A stretch of DNA of 64,000 nt, from positions 148,266 to 212,265 of the forward strand of contig JALGZK010000001.1 of the NCBI GenBank assembly GCA_025774935.1, written 5' to 3'. This DNA comes from a bacterium. Its GTDB lineage: Bacteria; Joyebacterota; Joyebacteria; Joyebacterales; Joyebacteraceae. Below are positions 29,662 through 38,273 of the stretch, piece by piece; within the stretch, counting starts at the first letter, position 1, and each line of letters begins with the position of its first letter. Under the pieces are notes generated by a model. It searched no databases and was not told the DNA's origin. It saw only the letters and a program-made list of their open reading frames with translations. Both the position numbers and the translations under genes were made by a program.

Positions 29662-31668
29662 CTACTTCAGGAGCGTCATCTTCGTGAACGCGCTCTCGCT
29701 GCCGGCACTCACCTTGGCGAAGTAGACACCGCTCGCGAGACGGTGCCCGTCGTCGTCCTTCCCGTCCCAGACGGCGAGCGCGGGCCCCGGAGGGAGCGTC
29801 TCGTCGACGAGCGAGCGCACCACGCGTCCGCTAAGGTCGAGGATCGTGAGCTCGACGCGCTCGGCGCCGGACGGCACGGTGTACGCGATCTTCGTCACGG
29901 GATTGAACGGGTTCGGGAAGTTCTGTGAGATCGCGAGCCTGTGCATCTCGCCTTCCTCGACACCCACCGCCGGTGCGAACCAGTCCAGGATCCTCCCGAG
30001 GAGCGTCGTCCGGTTGCTCGGAGTCGGATCGTCCATGCTCACGGACTCGAACGCGAACGTCGTGAAGACGATCTTGTGTCCGTTCTCGGCTACCTTGAGT
30101 CCCTGGATCCCGGAGGTGCTCGTGAAGATGGTCTCGGACGGCGAGTCGATCACGATGGCCTCGGCGTTGTTCCCGAGAGGGTACCAGAGCTCGTCCAACA
30201 CCATCCCGTCCGAGATCACATCGCCGTCGACGCCCACGACCGTGTACTGCCCGACTGCGTTTATCCACGACGTGATGTGCATGTAGTCCGTGGTCATCGT
30301 CGTCGAGCCGGGGAGACTCGAGAGGTAGTTCATGCTCGAGAGATAGAGGTTCCCGCCGCCGTCCAGGTACGACATCAGGACGTCCTCGTCATCGCCGAGG
30401 TCCGTCGCGAAGCCGGAGCCGGTCGTCCACAGAACCGTGGAGTACGACGAGAGCAGATCCAGCTCGGGTCGTCCGCGGTCGTCGGCGATCCAGACCGTCG
30501 CGCCGAGCCCCAGGTTCGAGAGAGGCTCCTCCCACCACGCGTGCCAGCCCCATCCGTCGTCGTCCGCGACGAGGAGGAGGGAGGGCACCTCGACGAACGT
30601 CGAGAAGGAGACCTGGTCGCTGGCGGCCCTACTGCCACCGCTCACGGCCGACAGGGTCGTCACGGCCATGCCCTCAGCCGTCCCGATGTTGTCGACGACG
30701 CGTACCTCGAGGTCGAGATCCTCGCCGACACCGAGGGCGAACTCCGTCGGCTCGGTGTACCAGGTGCCTCCGACCTCCCGGAAGCTCGCCTCCCAGTCCG
30801 CCGGCCCGACTCCGTCGGGCAGCACGTCCTGGTTGACGCTCACGGTGACGACGTTCGCCGCGAGCCCGATGTTCGAGAGCGTCGCCGTGTACGTGGCGGT
30901 TCCGAGGTAGCCGATCTCCTTCGCGTAGTCGGTCGTCGCCATCTGGACGGAGTAGAGATCGGGTACGACCTGCGCGTTGTACACCACGTGTGGCGACATG
31001 TCCTCGATGAAGACCACCACATCGAGCGCGCCGACGAGCGGCCAAGGGGTGTCGGTGATCGTGAACTCCCTGTGGACCACGACGGAGTCGCCGGGAGCCG
31101 TCAGGACCACATCCTCGTGGGGCAGATGGTCCCGCATGGTCCAGTTGTAGTGTTCGCCGGTCTTCTCGATCACGACGAACTGGGCCCTGAGAACCCCTGC
31201 GCTCACCGGGTCGACGACCTTGAACGTCGCGTCGACCCAGCCGCCCGTCTCGTCGAAGACTCCGTTCGTGCGAATCGTGATCGGGGTGGGAACGGGGAGC
31301 CGCTGGTTTATCCGGTCTCTGTACGCCGAGTAGACGCCGCTCCCGCCGCCGGTATACGTGAGAACCGCGTCGAACTTGCACGTGGGGTGCGCACTGATGT
31401 CCGGGTAGAGGAGCTGCCGGTTGCGGGCCTCGCTCGTGTAGTAGTTGCCGCCAATCCTGCTGTGCCAGTAGATGATGACGAGCTCTTCTTCACTGAAGGT
31501 CCCGTCTCCTCTGAGATTCTCGAGCGCCAACTGCGCATCGGGGCAGAAACTTCAGTTGGTGCCCCCGAAGAGCTCTGCGAGCACCGCTCGCTGCGCGGCA
31601 AATGCCGGCGTGGCCGCGCCACAGAGGATCAGGGCAGAGAGCCCCAGGATCGCCAATCTTCTCGACAT
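29662..31668 (-). CDS. Secreted T9SS-type cargo protein (Por_Secre_tail C-terminal domain) whose signal-peptide exon is separated from the mature part by one in-frame TGA (31552-31554): selenoprotein candidate or nonsense pseudogene
   Basis: ATG 31668 with AAGGAG 6 nt upstream encodes a canonical signal peptide (MSRRLAILGLSALILCGAATPAFA|AQ…). In the same frame a TGA occurs after …ELFGGTN, and the frame continues …SFCPDAQLALENLRGDG… for 622 aa. It ends with a T9SS CTD (…VRSLVDETLPPGPALAVWDGKDDDGHRLASGVYFAKVSAGSESAFTKMTLLK). Confidence 0.6.
31521..31540 (-). other. SECIS-like bulged hairpin 11 nt downstream of the in-frame UGA (mRNA: CGA-U-GCGC-AGUUG-GCGC-UCG)
   Basis: Hand-folded from the minus-strand mRNA: a 7-bp stem with a single bulged U and a 5-nt loop containing GU. 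Spacing to the UGA matches the E. coli fdhF SECIS arrangement to within 1 nt. Confidence 0.3.
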
Positions 31669-31911
31669 CCATCACTCCTTTCGCGGCAGCGCCGCTCCGC
31701 TCTCCGGGAATCCCACCCGCGGGGTCTCGCGAAAGGCAGGATTCCCTCGTGTCCAACAGCCTCCAGCCATGTGCGTGGGACGCGCTTCACCGTTCGGGGC
31801 GCCGCGTGCAACGCCCCCATGCCACACTACACATTCTACCGCATCCGGGCGAGAGATTCAATGGCTCGCTTGGGCAGACAGGCCTCCCGAGGGGTCCAGG
31901 GGCCAAAAGGC

Positions 31912-31940
31912 TTGACACCCCGAACTCGCGCCGGTTAGAT
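31912..31940 (+). promoter_or_regulatory. sigma70-like promoter (TTGACACCCC-17-TTAGAT) upstream of the cyclophilin gene
   Basis: -35 at 31912-31917, 17-nt spacer, -10 TTAGAT at 31935-31940 (alternative TATTCT at 31941-31946). Confidence 0.4.
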
Positions 31941-31993
31941 TATTCTGACAGGATGCAGTGAAGTTCACGAACCCGCAGGTCAAGGAGGACACC

Positions 31994-32767
31994 ATGCGCG
32001 GGAAGGTGACGATCGTGGTGGCAGTCGTTGCGGTGCTTCTGATGGCCCTCGTCGCGTCTGTCCACGCCCAGGAGGGCGGCATGTCGAGCAAGCGGCCGGA
32101 GGCGACGGAGGCCGACAAGAGCGCCGCGGAGACCGCGGCGGACGAGGCCGTGGCAGAGACGGCAGAGGCCACAGAGGAGGCGGCGACGGTGATGGCGACC
32201 CTCACGTACTTCGAAGGCGGCAAGGGCGAGAAGGGCGCGAAGAAGTCGATGGAGGTGCAGTATCTTCCCGAGGGCAGGAAGGTTGCGACCCTCGAGACTT
32301 CGAAGGGCGTCGTTAAGATCGAGCTCTGGGAGGACCTCGCTCCGAACACCGTTGTGAACTTCGTCTACCTGGCCAACAGCGGGCGTTACGATGGCGTCGA
32401 GTTCCACAGGGTCATCGGCGGCTTCATGGCCCAGACGGGCGACGTGGAGAAGAAGGGCGGCTACGGAGGTCCCGGCTACACGATCCCAGCCGAGTTCAGC
32501 GCCGATCTCCATCACACCGAGGGCGTCGTCTCCATGGCGCGGTCGTCCGACCCCGACTCCGCGGGAAGCCAGTTCTTCATCATGCTCGCGAGCGCGACGC
32601 ACCTGGACGGGAGCTACGCGGCGTTCGGCGAGGTCGTCGAGGGAATGGACGTCATTCACAACATCAAGAAGGGTCCCAAGGAGAAGAACGGAGCCGTCGA
32701 GGACCCGGACACCATCGTGAAGGTGAGAGTCGAGACCGTCCCGGCGGAGGTCGCACCGGAGGAGTAG
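31994..32767 (+). CDS. ppiB: Secreted peptidyl-prolyl cis-trans isomerase, cyclophilin type
   Basis: ATG 31994 is preceded by AAGGAGG. Signal peptide, a D/E/A-rich linker and the cyclophilin core (…FHRVIGGFMAQTGD…GSQFFI…). Confidence 0.85.
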   Translation: MRGKVTIVVAVVAVLLMALVASVHAQEGGMSSKRPEATEADKSAAETAADEAVAETAEATEEAATVMATLTYFEGGKGEKGAKKSMEVQYLPEGRKVATLETSKGVVKIELWEDLAPNTVVNFVYLANSGRYDGVEFHRVIGGFMAQTGDVEKKGGYGGPGYTIPAEFSADLHHTEGVVSMARSSDPDSAGSQFFIMLASATHLDGSYAAFGEVVEGMDVIHNIKKGPKEKNGAVEDPDTIVKVRVETVPAEVAPEE

Positions 32768-32811
32768 TCGTGCTTCCGGCGTCCGCCTGAACGTCAAGCG
32801 GAGGTAGCGGA

Positions 32812-33447
32812 TTGAATCACCTGAAGAACCAGGCGATCGGAGTGGCGTGCGTCGCGGCGCTGATCGCGGGGCTGGCGTTCCCGGCCGTGTCCCAGGAGGA
32901 AGGCGAGACCGCTGAGGAGACGGTGGCCCAGATCGAGGAGCTGCGGTCTAGGCTCGAAGAGACACCGGACTCCGCGGATCTCTGGCTGGAGCTGGGAAAC
33001 GTCTACTACGAGAGCAACCTCCTGGACGACGCCCTGAACGCATACCTCGCGGCCGTGGAGCTCGCTCCCGACCACGCGGGGGCGCGCCTGAACCTGGGCT
33101 CGCTGTATGCCGACCGCGCTGACTTCGTGTCTGCCGTCTCGGAGCTCGAGAAGGCGATGGAGCTGGCTCCGCAGAACGCGATGGTCTACACGAACCTGGG
33201 CAGCACCTACTACGCGCAGATGAAGTACGCCGACGCCGTGGAGATGTACAGGACGGCGCTCGAGATGGACCCGAACAACATCGAGGCGCACTTCAACATG
33301 GCGGTCGCGTTCGCCGACGCGCAGCTCTTCGACGAAGCGATAAGGGAGTGGCAGAAGGTCATCGAGATCGCTCCCGAGGCTCCGGCGGCCCAGGTGTGTC
33401 GAGAGAACATCCAGATGATCGAGGAGTTCAGGGCGCAGTTCAAGTAG
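32812..33447 (+). CDS. Secreted TPR-repeat protein
   Basis: TTG start preceded by GGAGGT. Signal peptide and at least four TPR units (…LGNVYYESNLLDDALNAYLAAVELAPDHA…). Confidence 0.7.
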   Translation: MNHLKNQAIGVACVAALIAGLAFPAVSQEEGETAEETVAQIEELRSRLEETPDSADLWLELGNVYYESNLLDDALNAYLAAVELAPDHAGARLNLGSLYADRADFVSAVSELEKAMELAPQNAMVYTNLGSTYYAQMKYADAVEMYRTALEMDPNNIEAHFNMAVAFADAQLFDEAIREWQKVIEIAPEAPAAQVCRENIQMIEEFRAQFK

Positions 33448-33534
33448 CCGGCGAGCCGGCGAGGACACGGGAAGACCAACATGGAGGGGGTGACCGACGA
33501 CCCTCTCCGCGAGCAGGGAGAAGAGAGGGGCAGC

Positions 33535-34749
33535 ATGTTGAGATCCAGATCGGGACTGGCGTGGACGCTGGCGGCCGTTGTCGCGTTCGCCGCATTGCTG
33601 GGCGGCTGCACGGGAACGATGCCCGAGGAGGAAGAACCGACAATCACCATCGTCGGGCACGAGGACGCGGGGGAACAGAGGGATATCTCCCCGGCCGAGA
33701 GGGCCGCGAACAGCGCGGCCGAGTTCCTTCGGGTGCGTGAGATCGGGAAGGCGATCGAGAACTACGAGCGTGCGATCACCCTCGACCCGACTTACGTCGA
33801 GCCCTACTACGGGCTCGGGCGCATCTACCTCGTGGAGACGCAGGAGTTCGAGAAGTCGCTCGAGATGTACCAAAGGGCGGTCGAGCTCGCGCCTGACGAT
33901 CCCTACTCGCACACCTCGCTGGCGTACGCGCACTTCCTCACGGGGGACTACCAGTCCTCGGTGGAGGCGTACGTCGACGCGGTTCAGCTCGACCCGGAGA
34001 ACGCGGACGCGTACCTGAACCTCGGCTACGCCTACGAGAAGATGGAGATGGACCTCGCCGCGCTCGGCGCGTACCGCAGGGCCCAGGAGCTGGCCCCGAC
34101 CGACTCTCGCGCCACGCAGTCGCTCGCGGGGCTGTACTACCGGGCGCAGATGTACGATCAGGCGATCGCTTCGTACGAGCGGGTAAGGAACTTCGGGAAC
34201 GCGAGCACCTACTCCCTCTCGACGCTCGGGTTCCTCTACATGAAAGTCGGCGGGCTCGGCGAGGCCGAGACGCTCTTCCGCACTGTACTGCAGCAGAGCC
34301 CCGAAGACATCAGCGCGCGGGCCAACCTCGCAACGGTCTACAGGAAGCAGGGTCGGTACGAAGAGGCCGTCGCTCAGCTTGAGGCTCTCGTCGCCAGCCA
34401 GCCTAACAACGCGGACTACGTCGGGGCGCTCGCGGACGCGTACAACGACATGGGACGCTACGACTCGGCGATCAACTCGGCCCGCCAACTTCTGCAGATC
34501 TCCCCCGGAGACGGCGGGGCGTACTTGACCTGGGCCAAGTCGCTCGAGCGCCATGGCAACGCGCTGGAGAGGCAGAGCCAGTTCGACGCCGCGATGGACA
34601 AGTACCGGGAGGCGATCTCGAAGCTCCAGCTGGCGACGAACGACCCGAAGTGGCGGTCGCACGCGAACAGGGAGATCGAGAGGCAGGAACAGCTCATCGA
34701 GATCGCGGAGCAGCGGAAGCTGCGCGGGATCTGGGACGAAGGCGAGTAG
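33535..34749 (+). CDS. TPR-repeat lipoprotein
   Basis: ATG 33535 with a lipobox (LLGGC|TG). Multiple TPR units (…YYGLGRIYLVETQEFEKSLEMYQRAVELAPDD…). Confidence 0.7.
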   Translation: MLRSRSGLAWTLAAVVAFAALLGGCTGTMPEEEEPTITIVGHEDAGEQRDISPAERAANSAAEFLRVREIGKAIENYERAITLDPTYVEPYYGLGRIYLVETQEFEKSLEMYQRAVELAPDDPYSHTSLAYAHFLTGDYQSSVEAYVDAVQLDPENADAYLNLGYAYEKMEMDLAALGAYRRAQELAPTDSRATQSLAGLYYRAQMYDQAIASYERVRNFGNASTYSLSTLGFLYMKVGGLGEAETLFRTVLQQSPEDISARANLATVYRKQGRYEEAVAQLEALVASQPNNADYVGALADAYNDMGRYDSAINSARQLLQISPGDGGAYLTWAKSLERHGNALERQSQFDAAMDKYREAISKLQLATNDPKWRSHANREIERQEQLIEIAEQRKLRGIWDEGE

Positions 34750-34873
34750 CGCCGCCCGCCCGCGATCGGCGGCCCTGTCAGACGGACCGCCGACGGGGGC
34801 GCGGGCGTGATGATCATCCGACGGGCGGCCGGCTATCCTCAAACGAGGGCCGGCCGCGCGCTCAAGGGGTACC

Positions 34874-36067
34874 GTGACCATGGCGACGCCTGAGGACCGC
34901 ACGACCTACATGGACCACAACGCCACGACGCCGACCGACCCCCGCGTCGTCGAGGCAATGCTCCCGTTCTTCAGCGAAGCGTACGGCAACCCATCGAGTC
35001 CGTACGCGCTGGCACAGGAGACGAGACAGGCCGTCGAGTGGGCGCGCGGCACCGTGGCGGACGCGCTGAGTTGCGACCCTGCCGAGGTCGTCTTCACGAG
35101 CGGCGGCTCGGAGTCCGACAACATCGCGATCAAGGGCGTCGCGCTGTCGAAGCTCGAGGGGCGCGGCCACATCGTCACCAGCTCGGTCGAGCACCACGCC
35201 GTGCTCCACACGTGCGAGTACCTGCGCGACAAACTCGGCTTCGACGTCACGTTCCTCCCCGTGAGCCCCGGGGGCCTCGTCGATCCGGTCGACGTATCGC
35301 GCGCTCTCAGGGACGACACGATACTCATCTCGATCATGTACGCGAACAACGAGACCGGCACGGTCCAGCCGCTCGAAGAGATCGGCCGTATCGCCCGCGA
35401 GAGGGACGTCCCTTTCCACACGGACGCCGTGCAGGCGATCGGCAAGATCCCGGTCGACGTGCAAACGCTCGGCGCGACGTTCCTGGCGGCATCCGCCCAC
35501 AAGTTCTACGGACCGAAGGGAGTCGGGGTGCTCTACGTCAGGAAGGGAGCGCGGTTCCACCCGCTCTCGCACGGAGGGAACCACGAGCGGGGGGTGCGGC
35601 CGGGGACGGAGAACGTGGCCGGGATCGTGGGCCTCGCGAAGGCCCTGGAACTGGCCGTGGACGACATGCCGCGGGAATCGGAGCGCCTGTCGAAGCTCAC
35701 CCAGCGGCTGGTGTCCGGCGTTGTCGACGGCATCCCTGACGTGTCGCTGAACGGAGACCCGGCGAGCGGCATACCGGGGACGGCCAACATCGCCTTCCAC
35801 TACGTCGAAGGCGAGAGTGTTGTGCTGGCGCTCGACATGGAGGGATTCGCTGTCTCGACCGGCTCGGCGTGCACGACCGACTCGGCGGACCCGTCGCACG
35901 TGCTCTCCGCGATGGGGGTCGCGCCGAACGTCGCGCAGGGCTCTGTCAGGTTCGGCCTCGGAAGATCGAACACCGAGGAAGACGTGGAGAGGTTGCTCTC
36001 GGTGCTCCCGGGGATCGTCGAGAGGCTGAGGGCGATGTCGCCGCTGACTCCACGGAAGGACTCGTAG
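34874..36067 (+). CDS. iscS: Cysteine desulfurase (class V aminotransferase, IscS/NifS family)
   Basis: PLP-lysine region (…SASAHKFYGPKGVGVLYV…) and the active-site Cys loop (…STGSACTTDS…). Confidence 0.85.
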   Translation: MTMATPEDRTTYMDHNATTPTDPRVVEAMLPFFSEAYGNPSSPYALAQETRQAVEWARGTVADALSCDPAEVVFTSGGSESDNIAIKGVALSKLEGRGHIVTSSVEHHAVLHTCEYLRDKLGFDVTFLPVSPGGLVDPVDVSRALRDDTILISIMYANNETGTVQPLEEIGRIARERDVPFHTDAVQAIGKIPVDVQTLGATFLAASAHKFYGPKGVGVLYVRKGARFHPLSHGGNHERGVRPGTENVAGIVGLAKALELAVDDMPRESERLSKLTQRLVSGVVDGIPDVSLNGDPASGIPGTANIAFHYVEGESVVLALDMEGFAVSTGSACTTDSADPSHVLSAMGVAPNVAQGSVRFGLGRSNTEEDVERLLSVLPGIVERLRAMSPLTPRKDS

Positions 36068-36082
36068 GAGGACTCGACGGTC

Positions 36083-37069
36083 ATGAGGCTCTCTCGGGAC
36101 CGGAGGGTGATGGTGAGGGGGGCGGCGACCGCCCTCCTTCTTCTTTGCCTCGCGGCGTCGCTCCCGACCGCGCTTGAGACCGCGGCCGCCGGGACCGCGG
36201 GCTGGCACGAGACCTCGCGGGACGGGATCACCGTCACGTTCCGGGAAGAGGACGGCCGCGCGGCGGAACTCATCCTCGAGATGGCGGTTGAGCGCGGCCC
36301 CGCGCTCGCGGAGGCCGTCTCCCTGGGGACGGTCGTGCCCGTCCGGATAGTGGTGGCACCCACTCACGAGGACTTCGAGCAGAGGACGATGGGCGGCGCG
36401 CCGGACTGGTGGGTCGGGTGCGCGTTCCCGTCGCGCGGCCTCGTCGTCATGAAGAGCCCGAGGATCGTGACGTACCCGCTCCACATGGAGGAGGTGCTCG
36501 TCCACGAGCTGGCGCACGTGGCCGCCGGGCGAGTGCTGGGGGAGGTGTGGGCGCCCCGGTGGTTCCACGAGGGCGTGGCGATGTCGATCGCGGGGGAATG
36601 GCGCCTGTCGCAGGTCCCGTCACTCACCGCGGCCGCGCGGAGCGGAACGCTGATCCCGCTCAGGGACCTGGAGACGAGGTTCCCGGACTCGTCAGCCGGC
36701 GCAGCGCTCGCGTACGCAGAGAGCTTTCGGGCCGTCGCATTCCTGATGGAGAGAGCCGGGCTCTCGCGCGCCGAAGAGCTTGTGCTCGCCGTGCGGGAGG
36801 CGGGCGGTTTCGATGCCGCCCTCGAGGTCCTTTACGGGGGCGACCGCGACGACTTCGGACGTGACGCCATCGCGCACTTCGGAGAGCGCTACTCGTGGGG
36901 TCTGCTCTTCACCAGGTGGGACTTCTTCCTGGTCGCGGCGACAGTCCTCTTCCTCGTGGCCCTCGTGGTGCGCGTCGGCCGAGCGAGGAGGCGGATGCGC
37001 GAGTGGGACGAGGAGGAGAGACAGGAGTCGGCACGAAGAAACCGGCCGTCAGGCTCGTCGTGGCAGTAG
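36083..37069 (+). CDS. Membrane-anchored HExxH zinc-metallopeptidase-like protein
   Basis: Signal/TM N-terminus, an HELAHV motif with a downstream Glu (…HEGVAMSIAGEW…), and a C-terminal TM helix followed by a basic tail. The family is not resolved. Confidence 0.5.
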   Translation: MRLSRDRRVMVRGAATALLLLCLAASLPTALETAAAGTAGWHETSRDGITVTFREEDGRAAELILEMAVERGPALAEAVSLGTVVPVRIVVAPTHEDFEQRTMGGAPDWWVGCAFPSRGLVVMKSPRIVTYPLHMEEVLVHELAHVAAGRVLGEVWAPRWFHEGVAMSIAGEWRLSQVPSLTAAARSGTLIPLRDLETRFPDSSAGAALAYAESFRAVAFLMERAGLSRAEELVLAVREAGGFDAALEVLYGGDRDDFGRDAIAHFGERYSWGLLFTRWDFFLVAATVLFLVALVVRVGRARRRMREWDEEERQESARRNRPSGSSWQ

Positions 37070-37084
37070 CGGAGGGCTTTCGGT

Positions 37085-37113
37085 TTGACACCCCCTGGAG
37101 CGGTTGCTATACT
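37085..37113 (+). promoter_or_regulatory. sigma70-like promoter (TTGACACCCCC-17-TATACT) driving the tRNA cluster
   Basis: -35 at 37085-37090, 17-nt spacer, -10 TATACT at 37108-37113. The first tRNA begins at 37128. Confidence 0.45.
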
Positions 37114-37127
37114 GCCCCCGGAGGCGT

Positions 37128-37214
37128 GGAGGGCTAGACCTAACTGGTAAGGCAGCGGTCTTGAAAACCGCCGGGCGCAAGCCCTTGGGGGTTCGAGTCC
37201 CTCGCCCTCCGCCA
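37128..37214 (+). tRNA. tRNA-Ser (anticodon TGA)
   Basis: Cloverleaf folded by hand: acceptor GGAGGGC/GCCCTCC, anticodon loop CTTGAAA, long variable arm, T-loop GGTTCGAGTCC, 3' CCA encoded. Confidence 0.9.
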
Positions 37215-37292
37215 GTATCGGAGCATGCCAGAGGGGACACGCAGGGCCGGCGCGCGGAGCGGACTCCGCGCGCGTCAGGCATCGAGGACACC

Positions 37293-37382
<90 letters not shown>

Positions 37383-37392
37383 GAAGACGACC

Positions 37393-37469
<77 letters not shown>

Positions 37470-37556
37470 CATCCGCGACCCGCTGAAACAGCCGTTCTGC
37501 GAGGTCTTGGTCGACGGACTCGGTATCAATGTCGGTTTGGCCACGGAGGGGAAGCG

Positions 37557-38102
37557 ATGCTGAAGGAGATCAACAGAGGACTGAGGATCGTCACCGGGCT
37601 CGTGGCGGTGGCGGCGCTCGCGTTGCTCGCCGGGTGTGCCGGGTCCGATCTCAAGATCGAGACGACCTTCGACGACGCGATCGACTTCTCGTCGCTGCGC
37701 ACGTTCGGCTATCAGACCGGAGCCTTCACCACGCCCGACGGCGTCGCCGTCGACCCCGCCGTCGTCGACCGGATCGAAGACGCCGTCGTCGGCACGCTCG
37801 AGTCGAAAGGGCTGGAGTTCGTTCAGTCGGGGGACCAGGACTTCGTGACCGTTGTCCGAGGCGGCAGGTTCCGTACAATCGTCTCGAAGTACCAGGATAA
37901 CTGGTACGTCCCGGCGGAGGACTGGGTCGCCGACACCAAGTACTACGACGAGGGTGCGCTGGTCATCGGCATGAGGGTGGGCGGGGACCCAGAAGAAGTC
38001 TGGCTCGGGGTCGGGACGGTACGGCTCGGAACCGAACCGGCCACCCAGGAGTTCCTCAACGAACTGGCGGCGAAGATCCTCGAGGACTTCCCGCCGAAGT
38101 AG
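37557..38102 (+). CDS. Small lipoprotein of unknown function
   Basis: ATG 37557 is preceded by GGAGGGG. Lipobox (ALLAGC|AG). No recognisable catalytic motifs. Confidence 0.6.
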   Translation: MLKEINRGLRIVTGLVAVAALALLAGCAGSDLKIETTFDDAIDFSSLRTFGYQTGAFTTPDGVAVDPAVVDRIEDAVVGTLESKGLEFVQSGDQDFVTVVRGGRFRTIVSKYQDNWYVPAEDWVADTKYYDEGALVIGMRVGGDPEEVWLGVGTVRLGTEPATQEFLNELAAKILEDFPPK

Positions 38103-38162
38103 CCGACGTCCAGTGAGTCGAAGGACGCTCCGCCGCATCGGCGGGGTGTCTTCCATTTTGGG

Positions 38163-38191
38163 TTGACACGTCAAGAATCCGGGCATACTGT
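38163..38191 (+). promoter_or_regulatory. sigma70-like promoter (TTGACA-17-TACTGT)
   Basis: -35 at 38163-38168, 17-nt spacer, -10 at 38186-38191. It lies 83 nt upstream of the ATG at 38274. Confidence 0.45.
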
Positions 38192-38273
38192 TGGCGCGTT
38201 GGGTGGTTCCGGCTCAAGAAACCGATCCCGGGCGGGGAGAACGCCCGGCCAGGAAGCGGAGGAGGAGGACGGA

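Noticed and set aside
29662-31530. Treating the T9SS cargo gene as starting at the TTG at 31530 (as in the ORF track)
   Set aside because: That start lacks a signal peptide, which a T9SS substrate requires. A perfect signal-peptide exon with strong SD lies in the same frame 138 nt upstream, separated only by a single TGA. I therefore treat this as one gene interrupted or recoded at the UGA (see findings).
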